Below are positions 27,322-36,961 of a DNA stretch of 64,000 nt, in pieces. This stretch comes from Candidatus Daviesbacteria bacterium RIFCSPHIGHO2_02_FULL_43_12 (GTDB lineage: Bacteria > Patescibacteriota > Microgenomatia > Daviesbacterales > UBA10151): the NCBI GenBank assembly GCA_001776775.1, contig MFDD01000014.1, positions 126,053-190,052 on the forward strand, in the 5' to 3' direction. The notes under the pieces are model-generated. The model searched no databases. It saw only the letters and a program-made list of their open reading frames with translations, and was not told the DNA's origin. Position numbers and translations under genes: made by a program. Within the stretch, counting starts at the first letter, position 1, and the number at the start of each line of letters is the position of its first letter.

Positions 27322-28438
27322 TCACTAATTCAATTTCTTCAAACTCTAAACTTTTTATATCTGCCATTGGTTCATCAATAAGTCCTGACAAAGATCCGTG
27401 CATTGAAAGAGTATTATTTTTTAACCTTTCAATTTCTTTGTCTCTTTGGGCCCAAATTTTCTGCATGACCATTTTTTCTTTATCTAAGGTCTGCTGCATT
27501 TTAGAATAGGTTTCCAGCATTGAGTCTATTCTTTGAGCAAATTCAGAACTGGTTATATATCTATAAAGAGATTCTATTTTTTCATTTTTTCCTACAGACA
27601 GAGCTTTTGTTTGTGCTATATCCAGTAAACTTTTGCGTAAGATGAACGCAACCTGTAGCACACAATCGAAACTTGTTATATACACGCCATCTTTTTGAGT
27701 AAAGAACTTAGCACCAGAGGGCAAAATTGTTGAGACAATTACCGATACATCTGCTTTTGCCTCTCTCATATCTTCTTTTAATTTAACAATCCATTCCTCC
27801 GTAAATGCCTTTGTCCTTTTGCTCTCCCAGATAATCTTGCCCGCATCTCTTCCGATCTGATCTTTTACAAGTTGCACTAAATCCGCGCCTCTTACACCTT
27901 TCCCAACTTCGCTTAATTCATCAATAGGGAATTCGCGTTTTAATATTTCCATAAGCTCCAGCTCCATTACCTCACCTTGAAGCTGTTGAGAACCAACTGA
28001 GGCTTTTCTTTGAGCCTCATCCAAGGATTTTTTTAGAGATTCTATCAGCTGATCTTTTTCTTTCTCCTTTAAATGAAACTTTTCAGTGACCTCCGTTTCT
28101 GTTTTCTCCTGGATTTTTTTTCTTTCTTCATCGATTTGCCTTTGCATTTCCAGCTCCAAATTTTTTTCTTTTTCTTCTAATTCCTGAGCTTTCTTTCTTA
28201 AAATTAACTCGTTTTCTCTAAACGTCTCAATCTCTTTCTTGTTTTTTGATAATTGCTCCTGAAGTTCTAATTTTTCTTTTTGGGATTGCTCCGATAGTTG
28301 TAGTTTTAGAGATATGTATTTTTGATTATATTCATCCCGCAGGTCTCCTTTGACCGATTCCTCAATCTGATGACGTAGCACCTCGTCAACTGAGATTTGA
28401 GTATGGCACTTTGGGCACTGAATAGATGAAACGCTCAT
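27290..28438 (-). CDS. Zn-ribbon / long coiled-coil / C-terminal PD-(D/E)XK-like (DUF2130-like) protein
   Basis: N-terminal CPKCHTQ zinc ribbon. About 130 aa of E/K/Q-rich coiled coil. The C-terminal GADLVQLV...GKIIWESKRTK shows a D...ExK motif. It overlaps the helicase-nuclease gene by 32 bp. Confidence 0.45.
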   Translation of the reverse strand: MSVSSIQCPKCHTQISVDEVLRHQIEESVKGDLRDEYNQKYISLKLQLSEQSQKEKLELQEQLSKNKKEIETFRENELILRKKAQELEEKEKNLELEMQRQIDEERKKIQEKTETEVTEKFHLKEKEKDQLIESLKKSLDEAQRKASVGSQQLQGEVMELELMEILKREFPIDELSEVGKGVRGADLVQLVKDQIGRDAGKIIWESKRTKAFTEEWIVKLKEDMREAKADVSVIVSTILPSGAKFFTQKDGVYITSFDCVLQVAFILRKSLLDIAQTKALSVGKNEKIESLYRYITSSEFAQRIDSMLETYSKMQQTLDKEKMVMQKIWAQRDKEIERLKNNTLSMHGSLSGLIDEPMADIKSLEFEEIELVIEDPQTDGNL

Positions 28439-28519
28439 GGGAAATAGTACCCCATTCTAAGCTTTACGCCCGCTTAAAACAACCATCCAAATCTTCCTTT
28501 AATTAGGTACAATTAAGCT

Positions 28520-28894
28520 ATGCGGGTACTGAAGAATTTTCTGTTAGTCGTGATCTCTTTGATCTCATTTCTGCTGGTAATCTGGAGAGTGCCAGCCCCT
28601 AACTCTTGGACTGAGGCTAGCATCTGGCAAATTGTAATCTTTATGATTCCTTTGCTGGCCTTAATCTTTTCGTTAATATATTTGATTCTTAAAAAATTCA
28701 CTGTTTGTTTCTTGATTAGTTTGGGGGTGCTGCTGACTTTGGTTTTAAAAATTATTGATCAGTTAAGCTGGCTTACCGGAATCCTCACTTGGATGATCTT
28801 TACCCTGCTACTTGTCTATTTTTTCAAACAACGTTTGACATCTGATAAAAGAATTCCTAAACTATCTACATCAGAAGGGAGCCGCCGTGAATAA
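28520..28894 (+). CDS. Small integral membrane protein (hypothetical)
   Basis: Four predicted hydrophobic helices. It sits immediately upstream of and overlapping the metG start. Confidence 0.3.
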   Translation: MRVLKNFLLVVISLISFLLVIWRVPAPNSWTEASIWQIVIFMIPLLALIFSLIYLILKKFTVCFLISLGVLLTLVLKIIDQLSWLTGILTWMIFTLLLVYFFKQRLTSDKRIPKLSTSEGSRRE

Positions 28895-30302
28895 ATTTTA
28901 TATAACATCAACACTTCCATACGTCAATTCAGATCCCCATCTCGGATTTGCTTTGGAAATTATTCTTGCAGATTTTATTGCACGATACCATCGACTTCTT
29001 GGGGAAGAAGTAGTATTTAATACCGGCACCGATGAACACGGGATTAAGATCTATCGGGCCGCACAGGCTCAAGGAAAGGAGCCACAAGCCTATGTGGATG
29101 AATACGCAGCCAAATTTAGTCAACTTAAGGAAGCTTTAAACTTAAGCTATACAAACTTCATTAGAACATCCAGTATAAACCATAAAAAGGCCGCGCAAGA
29201 GTTCTGGAAAAGATGTAAAGAGAGTGGAGATATTTATAAACAAGCTTATAAGATAAAGTACTGCGTGGGGTGCGAGCTAGAGAAAACAGCTTCAGAATTA
29301 GACAATGAAAGATGTCCAATTCACCCAAACTTAGAAGTAGAAACGATTGAGGAGGAGAATTATTTCTTTAAATGGTCCAAATATCAACAGCCACTTTTAG
29401 ATTTTTACGAAAAGAATCCCGATTTTGTTGTACCAGATTTCCGTTTTGATGAAATTAAGAAATTTGTTAAAGAGGGTCTTCATGATTTCAGCATCTCAAG
29501 ATTAAAAGAGAAGATGCCCTGGGGGGTGCCTGTTCCTCATGATCCTGACCATGTAATGTTTGTCTGGTTTGACGCCCTCGTTAGTTATATATCTACACTG
29601 GAATGGCCCGATGATGAGAAAAATTTCAACGATTTCTGGCCTGGAATGCAAATAGCAGGAAAGGATAATTTAAGACAACAATCCGCAATGTGGCAAGCAA
29701 TGCTCCTGTCTGCTGAATTACCTAATTCAACACAAATAGTTATTCATGGTTTTATTACCAGCAATGGTCAGAAGATGAGTAAGAGTCTCGGAAATGTAGT
29801 TAATCCCTATGAGGTTGTGGAAAAATATGGGACTGATGCCCTGAGATATTGGGTTGCAGCACAAGCAAATCCTTTTGAAGATAGTGACTTTACCTGGGAA
29901 AAATTTCGGGAAGATTATAACGCAAACCTTGCTAATGGGTTAGGCAACTTAGTGTCGAGAGTCGCCAAGCTCTGTGAGAAAAATAGTGTCAGCGCTCCAC
30001 CACCACCAACTCAGTTTGATCCCCAATTAGAAGCACCCTTAAAAGAGTTTAAATTTAATGAGTGTTTGGCACATCTTTGGGGAGAAATTAGTGAGGCAGA
30101 TAAAAGAGTCAACGAAACCAAACCCTGGGAGCTATCTGCTAAAGAGTCTCAACCGGTTCTTAAAGAATTAGTGGAGAAAATCCAACATATTGCTTTTAAT
30201 TTGCAGCCATTCTTACCAGAAACTGCTGAGAAAATCCTCAAACAATTTTCCGGAGAGATTAAATCGAGTGCTCCACTTTTTCCGCGAGTAGAGAATGTTT
30301 AA
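28887..30302 (+). CDS. metG: Methionyl-tRNA synthetase (short form)
   Basis: LPYVNSDPHLGFALE is HIGH-like (class I aaRS). The Zn knuckle CVGCELE...CPIHP and the KMSKS loop (QKMSKSLGNVV) are present. Size 471 aa. Confidence 0.85.
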   Translation: MNKFYITSTLPYVNSDPHLGFALEIILADFIARYHRLLGEEVVFNTGTDEHGIKIYRAAQAQGKEPQAYVDEYAAKFSQLKEALNLSYTNFIRTSSINHKKAAQEFWKRCKESGDIYKQAYKIKYCVGCELEKTASELDNERCPIHPNLEVETIEEENYFFKWSKYQQPLLDFYEKNPDFVVPDFRFDEIKKFVKEGLHDFSISRLKEKMPWGVPVPHDPDHVMFVWFDALVSYISTLEWPDDEKNFNDFWPGMQIAGKDNLRQQSAMWQAMLLSAELPNSTQIVIHGFITSNGQKMSKSLGNVVNPYEVVEKYGTDALRYWVAAQANPFEDSDFTWEKFREDYNANLANGLGNLVSRVAKLCEKNSVSAPPPPTQFDPQLEAPLKEFKFNECLAHLWGEISEADKRVNETKPWELSAKESQPVLKELVEKIQHIAFNLQPFLPETAEKILKQFSGEIKSSAPLFPRVENV

Positions 30303-30765
30303 AAACCTACAACAAGACGAGAACGAGATTTTTTACATTGGGGTCAAGGCTCTCATTAAAAACTCATTGGGTCAAATTCTGGTAGTCCACGATACACCTC
30401 GTATAAAAGTTGATGGTCGGTCGGAAACCTACTGGGATATTCCGGGAGGACGAGTACAACTTGACGAAAGAGCTTTAGTGAACACTCTCAAAAGAGAGAT
30501 CGAAGAAGAGCTCGGTATTACAAATTTAAAAGTCGGCAAACTTTTTGATTGCACTATCTCTAATCACTACTCCGAGTTTGATGAGAAGAGACGGGTGGCT
30601 CTTTGTTTAGTAGTCTATCTTTGTCAGATTCCCGATTACACAAAGATCATTTTAAGCACGGAGCACGACGACTTCGAATGGGTCTCTACCCCGGATGCTG
30701 CCATCAGACTCGAGAATAAATACTCAAAAGAATTTACCAAAAAAGTGGCTTCTCTACATGAATAG
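30295..30765 (+). CDS. NUDIX hydrolase
   Basis: GGRVQLDERALVNTLKREIEEELGI matches the Nudix box GX5EX7REUXEEXGU. Confidence 0.7.
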   Translation: MFKNLQQDENEIFYIGVKALIKNSLGQILVVHDTPRIKVDGRSETYWDIPGGRVQLDERALVNTLKREIEEELGITNLKVGKLFDCTISNHYSEFDEKRRVALCLVVYLCQIPDYTKIILSTEHDDFEWVSTPDAAIRLENKYSKEFTKKVASLHE

Positions 30766-31633
30766 TTATACTGTACATAAACTAACTGACTCACACGCCC
30801 ATTTATACTTTGATAAACTCAGAGATCAACTAGATTTGGTCTTAGAAAATGCTGTGGCAAATGGCTTGGGAATAATCATTAATGTTGGGGTTGATGTTGA
30901 GACATCGAAGGAAGCAGTTAGACAAACAATAGATTTCCGCCTTCGCGGGAATGACAAGGAAAGCGGGAATAACAGTTTAAAAATTTATTCAACAATCGGG
31001 ATTCATCCCCATGAAGGAGTTAACTACCCGACAAAAGAATCGGAGATCCAAAATGATCTTGAAGCATTAAAGGATCTTTACTTGAATAACCAGTCACTAG
31101 TTGTAGGAATTGGAGAATGTGGTTTAGACTTTTTCTTTGAACATAATGCAGGTTTTGTTGAGTCTGGGTTGATAGTTGAAGAAAAGAAAAAATCTCAGAT
31201 GAGGCTTTTTGAAGCTCAAATTGTCTTGGTTAACGAACTTCAGCTGCCTTTAATAGTCCATTGTCGTGATGCTTGGACAGAGATGCTACCTTATTTAAAT
31301 CAATTTAATGGAGTTTTGCATTGCTATAGCGGGAATACCAAAATTACCAAACAAGTTTTAGAGACTAACCTGTATATCTCTTTTGCTGGAAATATAACTT
31401 ATCCTAAAAATGACTGGTTAAGAGAGTCTTTAAAAATGATTCCCCTAGAGCGCGTACTGATTGAAACTGATTCTCCCTTTTTGGCTCCTCAATCAAAAAG
31501 AGGTCAGCCTAATGAACCGGCTAATATTAGAGAAGTAGCCGAACGTGTTGCCCAAGTTAAAGGAATTTCTGTTGAGGAAGTGGCTAGACAAACTACTCAG
31601 AATGTAATAAAGGTTTTCAACTTGAATGCGTAA
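30758..31633 (+). CDS. tatD: TatD-family metal-dependent hydrolase
   Basis: LTDSHAHL at the N-terminus, GIHPHE, IGECGLDF and IETDSPFLAP are the TatD motifs. I placed the start at the internal ATG 30758, giving an 8-bp overlap with the Nudix gene. Confidence 0.8.
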   Translation: MNSYTVHKLTDSHAHLYFDKLRDQLDLVLENAVANGLGIIINVGVDVETSKEAVRQTIDFRLRGNDKESGNNSLKIYSTIGIHPHEGVNYPTKESEIQNDLEALKDLYLNNQSLVVGIGECGLDFFFEHNAGFVESGLIVEEKKKSQMRLFEAQIVLVNELQLPLIVHCRDAWTEMLPYLNQFNGVLHCYSGNTKITKQVLETNLYISFAGNITYPKNDWLRESLKMIPLERVLIETDSPFLAPQSKRGQPNEPANIREVAERVAQVKGISVEEVARQTTQNVIKVFNLNA

Positions 31634-32264
31634 AAACTATATTCCTGCCTTTAATTTTGACTTTTTAACACCATTCTATGATTTACTCTTAGAGTTAATC
31701 GGTTACGGATACACTCAACGAATAAAGGTAGTTAAATTACTAAAGCTAAGAGGTGGCGAGAAGTTACTAGATGTTGGATGTGGTACTGGCACACTTCTTC
31801 AAGTTGCTAAACAGTTACACCCTGAAGTTAACATGTTTGGAGTTGACATAGATAATAATGTTTTAAGTTTGGCTAGAAAAAAGGTAAACAAAAATAAACT
31901 CCAAATAGCGTTTACTCAAGCCAGCGCTAATAATCTTCCCTTTAAAGACCGGACCTTTGATATTGTAGTTAGTACCTTAATTTTTCATCATTTACCCACA
32001 CAAGTTAAGATTCAAGCAATCTCTGAAATTTATAGAGTTCTTAAACCAAAAGGGAGATTTCTACTGGCCGATTTCGGGAGAAATAATAGTTTTAGCATAA
32101 AGCTTTGGAGCGCCCTAGCTCATTTAATCAAGTTACCTGAGGCAATTACCATAGAAGATAATCTTTCAGGATTTATACCTAATTATTTAGAGAAGGCTGG
32201 ATTCAAGATCATGGAAGTAGCACCAGTTTATAAAGGAATTCAGTTTTTACTGTGTACTAAGTAA
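31626..32264 (+). CDS. Class I SAM-dependent methyltransferase (UbiE/COQ5-like)
   Basis: LLDVGCGTGTLL is motif I. VVSTLIFHHL and GRFLLADF are the post-I/II motifs. Confidence 0.7.
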   Translation: MRKNYIPAFNFDFLTPFYDLLLELIGYGYTQRIKVVKLLKLRGGEKLLDVGCGTGTLLQVAKQLHPEVNMFGVDIDNNVLSLARKKVNKNKLQIAFTQASANNLPFKDRTFDIVVSTLIFHHLPTQVKIQAISEIYRVLKPKGRFLLADFGRNNSFSIKLWSALAHLIKLPEAITIEDNLSGFIPNYLEKAGFKIMEVAPVYKGIQFLLCTK

Positions 32265-32734
32265 CTAAGTCTTTTTTTTAGACGCTGTTTAGCTGTATCG
32301 GTCTGGCCGGTTACCTTAGTTAATTTGAAAGCTTTACCCAAACCTAGTGTTGGAGTATTAATATAAATTGATTCTACGTCTTTTGGATCAATAAGATAAG
32401 TTTCATGCCAAATTCCTACATCCTGACTATTTCTGGCATAGTAATTTCTTCTGGATTTGACATGTTCATCCTTGGGGTTGTTAGCAAACTTGTGCAACTC
32501 ATCAAAGGAACGCCAATACTGAATAACTCCAAATCCCCCCAGGTAGATAAAGACTTCGTAGTGAAGTAGCCCTTTTTCTCTGTGGATGCTCAAATTTCTA
32601 ATCATCGAGGCCATTGCTAAAAATATGACTGGCCAGAACCATATTTTCCAGAACGCGTTAATACGCATCCCGATAATAAATAGTACGAATGGTTTATCAA
32701 TGACGGATGTGTACCTACCTGTATTGATTTTCAT
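32240..32734 (-). CDS. Hypothetical membrane-associated protein
   Basis: 164-aa ORF with a hydrophobic N-terminal segment. No confident family. Confidence 0.3.
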   Translation of the reverse strand: MKINTGRYTSVIDKPFVLFIIGMRINAFWKIWFWPVIFLAMASMIRNLSIHREKGLLHYEVFIYLGGFGVIQYWRSFDELHKFANNPKDEHVKSRRNYYARNSQDVGIWHETYLIDPKDVESIYINTPTLGLGKAFKLTKVTGQTDTAKQRLKKRLSYLVHSKN

Positions 32735-32795
32735 TTATAAAATGAGTATACCAGAGATATCTCAATTTGATTTCTGAGCTCAGTTTGAGCTACAC

Positions 32796-34583
32796 TTGAG
32801 GGTACTTATGAGGATTCTTCTGGTCTTTGTGTTTGGTCTGTTGGGTTTTTTTTACCTGGGTGAGATATTAAGTCGCTTACTTAAAAAGCCCCTCCATAGT
32901 ATCCCTGGGTTATTTATGATTTTAATTGGGCTAGTGATTGGCCTGTCGGGACACTTTTGGATGCCTGCTGCGATCAGTATTATGGTTTCCTCATTTCTGA
33001 TGGGTTCCGGAATTGGTCTAACAGCTCACCATCTGCTGTCTCGTCGCTTTATTGTTAGTGAGCGGATCGAACAAGAATTTATTTCTCGCCATCAAACTTT
33101 TTTCGAAAGACTGATTGAGATCATGCCCGGAGCTTTGACCTGGATTGCTCTCACCTCACCTTTCTGGCTCTCTTTTACCCTACCTTTTGCCGTGGCTTAT
33201 ATTATTATTTTTGCTGATGTTTATTGGCTTTTAAACTCAATGAAGATCGCTGTGTTGATTTATCTTGGATATCACAAGATGCAGTGGGCTAAAAAACAAG
33301 ACTGGGCCGAACTTTTAAAGAGTGATTTTCCGAATGCTTGGCAGGATTACTACCACCTGATTATGCTCCCCACCTATAAAGAGCCGCTATACGTTTTAAA
33401 AACGTCTTTTGAAGGAATTTTGAAATCTAACTACCCTAAGGAAAAAATAATCTTGGTGGTGGGTTTCGAAAGTCGGGATAACGAAGAGAAGATCGCCGAA
33501 ACAAAAAGGTACCTTAAGTCCATCGAGAAACAGCTCGGCGGAATTTATATTACGACTCATCCCTTTGGCCTGTCGGGAGAAGTTCCCGGACAAGGATCCA
33601 ATAAAAACTGGATGATTAATCAGACGGTGGCTGCTCTTACGAAACGCGGCTTGGATTTCAGTAAAATCTTTGTCACTACATTAGATGCAGATTTTATTAT
33701 TCATCCCAATTTTTTAGCCGGAGCGCTACATAAATACCTCTCCACGCCAGAACCAGAGAGGGATAGGCGAAGCTATACCGGCGTCTTTTTATATCACAAT
33801 AATTATTGGCAAGCCCCCACCCCAATGCGCCTAATCGCTTCTGGGACAGCTTTTTGGCAAATGGCCGAGATGGTCGGATCGGATAAATATATCAACTATT
33901 CCTCTTTGTCGATTACCTTAAAGTCTCTGATAGAGATTGGTCTGTGGATTCCTAATAAGGTAAACGATGATTCAGGATTTTTCTGGAAAGCATATTTTCA
34001 TTACCGAGGCAACTATAAGGTTATCCCACATTTTTTACCGATTAGCGCCGATGCTGTTTTAGATGTATCGCTTTTTAAAACTTTTCAAAACCAGTATTTA
34101 CAACTGAAGCGTTGGGCATACGGAGTAGAACACCTGCCCTATATTGTGCGGGAATATTTCAAGCGCACTGATATTGATTTTTGGGATAAAACAGATAAAT
34201 TAATTTTTGTTATTTGGGCAAATTTGAAATGGGGGACACTGGCTCTGTTTATCACTTTCGGCGGAATCTTAATCCCGTATATCAACCCCGACTACCGAGA
34301 ATCGGTACTATCAATTAATCTGCCTATCATCTCTTCGTGGATTTTGACGGCAGCCTTTTTTGGACTTTTTGCGACGATCTATGTCCACGAAAAAACTGCT
34401 CCTCCCAGACCTAAAAACTGGGGAGTAATCACCCGAGCTTGGTCGTACATCCAGTGGCTTTTGGTCCCAGTAGTCTTGGTTACTATCTCTACCTTACCCG
34501 CCATCGATGCTCAGACTTCTTTAATGTTTGGTAGGTACTTGGAGTTTCGAGTAACGAACAAGGCAAGGGTAACTGAAACTTAA
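32796..34583 (+). CDS. Membrane-embedded family 2 glycosyltransferase (processive, cellulose/hyaluronan-synthase-like)
   Basis: Multiple TM helices flank a cytoplasmic domain with TTLDADFI (DxD) and YLQLKRWAYG (QxxRW), diagnostic of processive GT2 enzymes. Confidence 0.6.
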   Translation: MRVLMRILLVFVFGLLGFFYLGEILSRLLKKPLHSIPGLFMILIGLVIGLSGHFWMPAAISIMVSSFLMGSGIGLTAHHLLSRRFIVSERIEQEFISRHQTFFERLIEIMPGALTWIALTSPFWLSFTLPFAVAYIIIFADVYWLLNSMKIAVLIYLGYHKMQWAKKQDWAELLKSDFPNAWQDYYHLIMLPTYKEPLYVLKTSFEGILKSNYPKEKIILVVGFESRDNEEKIAETKRYLKSIEKQLGGIYITTHPFGLSGEVPGQGSNKNWMINQTVAALTKRGLDFSKIFVTTLDADFIIHPNFLAGALHKYLSTPEPERDRRSYTGVFLYHNNYWQAPTPMRLIASGTAFWQMAEMVGSDKYINYSSLSITLKSLIEIGLWIPNKVNDDSGFFWKAYFHYRGNYKVIPHFLPISADAVLDVSLFKTFQNQYLQLKRWAYGVEHLPYIVREYFKRTDIDFWDKTDKLIFVIWANLKWGTLALFITFGGILIPYINPDYRESVLSINLPIISSWILTAAFFGLFATIYVHEKTAPPRPKNWGVITRAWSYIQWLLVPVVLVTISTLPAIDAQTSLMFGRYLEFRVTNKARVTET

Positions 34584-34584
34584 T

Positions 34585-34959
34585 ATGTCTTTTTTATCTA
34601 TTTTCCAAAAGTTCCTAAAATTTTACGAGATCTCGGATAAGATAGTCTTTTACGCTATTTCGACCAGCCTCATACTTGTCCTATTCCAAGGAATTTTTAT
34701 CGCTATTCAGTTTAGTAAATTACCCCTATCCGTACCACTTTTTTTCTCCATTCCGTGGGGAGACGCACAGCTAGCAGCGACTTCTCAAATTCTAGTTCTA
34801 CCTGCCCTCAGCTTGTTATTTACTCTGACTAATATTATTTTCGCCTGGTATTTACATGATTCCCAAAAGAATCTAAAACGGATGCTTGCTGTTACTAATA
34901 TTGTGATTGTTTTTATGTTTCTGATTACTGCCGTCGGTATAATTTCAATTTTTACATAA
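34585..34959 (+). CDS. Small membrane protein (hypothetical)
   Basis: 124 aa, three or four hydrophobic helices. Translationally coupled between the GT2 and GT4 genes. Confidence 0.3.
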   Translation: MSFLSIFQKFLKFYEISDKIVFYAISTSLILVLFQGIFIAIQFSKLPLSVPLFFSIPWGDAQLAATSQILVLPALSLLFTLTNIIFAWYLHDSQKNLKRMLAVTNIVIVFMFLITAVGIISIFT

Positions 34960-34964
34960 AGGAT

Positions 34965-36092
34965 ATGGATATTTTATTTGTGTTCGCACTTGCCTGCCTT
35001 TTAACTGCAGCTTTCGTTCCCGTAACCATTAAGATCGCCGAACGTTTTGGTTTGATTGATAACCCTAGTATTAGACCCCATCCTGCTCATGTTCACACCA
35101 AGATAACACCTCGAGCCGGCGGCTTAGCCATTTATGTAGGCATTGTTGTCACCTCTTTGCTGCTACTCCCGTTAACTAAGTACCTGGTTGGAATTGTGAT
35201 TGGCTCAACTATCCTGCTGATTCTGGGACTAATTGATGACCGAGTCAGAACTTTTAACCCTTATCTTCGCTTGTGTTTGCTTTTTTTAGCCGCTGGTGCA
35301 GCTGTCATTTCGGGAATTGGCATTACTTATGTGAATAATCCTCTGATTGGCTTTCTTCAACTAGGTCCTCCCTTTAATGAACAGATCCTCCGTTTGGATC
35401 AAATAATTATCCCTATCAATATTTTTGGGTCTCATAATATCGTACTCTTTGCCGATATCTTTGCCTTTTTATGGATTGTTACCCTGACTCAAGTCATTAA
35501 CTGGTCAAAAGGCGTTGATGGACAGATGCCAAGTATTACTCTCACCTCGGCTGTGATACTGGGTCTTTTGTCCCTTAAACTATTTTTGGCGGGAGACCCG
35601 AACCAACTCAATGTTGGCAAATTAGCCTTTATAGTGGCTGGTAGTTCTCTGGGATTTTTATTTTTTAATTGGTACCCGGCCAAAATACAACCAGGCTTTT
35701 CTGCTTCAACTATCCTGGCCTTTCTTTTGGCTATCCTATCTATACTTTCGGGGGCCAAACTAGCTACGGCTTTACTGGTCATGGCCATTCCGATCATTGA
35801 TTTTCTATATACTTTTTTTCGGCGGATTATGCAGGGACGCTCCCCTGTTTGGGGAGACCGTGGACATCTGCATCATAAGTTACTGGCTCTAGGGTGGAGT
35901 CCTCAGAGGATTAGTTTGTTTTATATGGCAACATCTTTTATCTTGGGTGGCATTTCTTTGTTTGCAAATGCGGAGGGTAAGTTTTTTGCTCTTTTATCTG
36001 TTACTATAGTGGTGCTACTATTCATTGTATGGATAAACTCGTTTGGGGACTTATCAAAGAGGCCAGGCCTAGACAATGGATCAAAAACTTAA
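34965..36092 (+). CDS. MraY/WecA-family (GT4) polyprenyl-phosphate N-acetylhexosamine-1-phosphate transferase
   Basis: FGLIDNPSIRPHPAHVHTKITPRAGGLAIY is the typical WecA/TagO/MraY N-terminal region. About 10 TM helices; 375 aa. Confidence 0.7.
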   Translation: MDILFVFALACLLTAAFVPVTIKIAERFGLIDNPSIRPHPAHVHTKITPRAGGLAIYVGIVVTSLLLLPLTKYLVGIVIGSTILLILGLIDDRVRTFNPYLRLCLLFLAAGAAVISGIGITYVNNPLIGFLQLGPPFNEQILRLDQIIIPINIFGSHNIVLFADIFAFLWIVTLTQVINWSKGVDGQMPSITLTSAVILGLLSLKLFLAGDPNQLNVGKLAFIVAGSSLGFLFFNWYPAKIQPGFSASTILAFLLAILSILSGAKLATALLVMAIPIIDFLYTFFRRIMQGRSPVWGDRGHLHHKLLALGWSPQRISLFYMATSFILGGISLFANAEGKFFALLSVTIVVLLFIVWINSFGDLSKRPGLDNGSKT

Positions 36093-36961
36093 GCCTTTTT
36101 GCCGGGTTAATTTTTTCAGGATATTTAGATAACCCCCTATATTTATTTACTGTAATTCAAGCTTTTCTAATTTTTTGCGCGGCTGCCTCTAGTGTCTATT
36201 TATTAAATGACATCTTTGATATCGAAAGAGACAAGCTCCACCCGTTCAAGAAACTCCGTCCAATAGCCTCCGGTGTCGTTCCGATTCCTCTCGCCTTAGG
36301 TTTGAGTTTACTAATAATGGTGGTGGTGATTCCTCTGGCTTATCAAATTAGTACCACTTTTTTTATCGCAATACTAGCTTATCTTTTTTTGCAGTTTGCT
36401 TATTCGGCCTATCTTAAATCGGTAATTTTGCTTGATGTCATGACCATTGCTGCCGGGTTTGTTCTACGAATCTATGCCGGAGTTTGGGCTATTGATGCAC
36501 ATTTAAATGTTTGGTTTTTGCTGACCGTGACATCTTTTGCGCTTTTCTTGGCGATAGGCAAACGTCGCTCAGAACTAACTCTCCTCGAAGGCCAGGCCGC
36601 CAAACATCGAGAAACTCTACTTCACTATCCCGAAAGCTTACTGGACATTCTAACTTCGATGTTTGCTAATTCGACATGGCTAGCTTATGCTATTTTTACT
36701 TTTTTCCAACCAACTATCGCTGCCAAATCGAAATTTGCCGGAATACTGAATAACTTTACCCTGTCTGTCGGACAAGCAAAATACTTAATGATTACTGTTC
36801 CCATCGTGATTTATGGGGTAATGAGGTATCTATATATTATTTATGAGAAAAAACAGGGAGAATCCCCGGAGAGAGTCCTCCTGACTGATCGACCGCTATT
36901 AATCAGTGTCCTGCTCTGGCTAACTATGGTCATTGGGCTGATTTATTATCTCGGTGTATAA
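36029..36961 (+). CDS. UbiA-family prenyl-phosphate transferase (decaprenyl-phosphate phosphoribosyltransferase-like)
   Basis: ARPRQWIKN...YLLNDIFDIERDKLHP is the UbiA NDxxDxxxD motif. The TM-rich architecture resembles DPPR-synthase-type UbiA members. The long overlap with the upstream gene suggests the true start may lie downstream. Confidence 0.6.
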   Translation: MDKLVWGLIKEARPRQWIKNLSLFAGLIFSGYLDNPLYLFTVIQAFLIFCAAASSVYLLNDIFDIERDKLHPFKKLRPIASGVVPIPLALGLSLLIMVVVIPLAYQISTTFFIAILAYLFLQFAYSAYLKSVILLDVMTIAAGFVLRIYAGVWAIDAHLNVWFLLTVTSFALFLAIGKRRSELTLLEGQAAKHRETLLHYPESLLDILTSMFANSTWLAYAIFTFFQPTIAAKSKFAGILNNFTLSVGQAKYLMITVPIVIYGVMRYLYIIYEKKQGESPERVLLTDRPLLISVLLWLTMVIGLIYYLGV

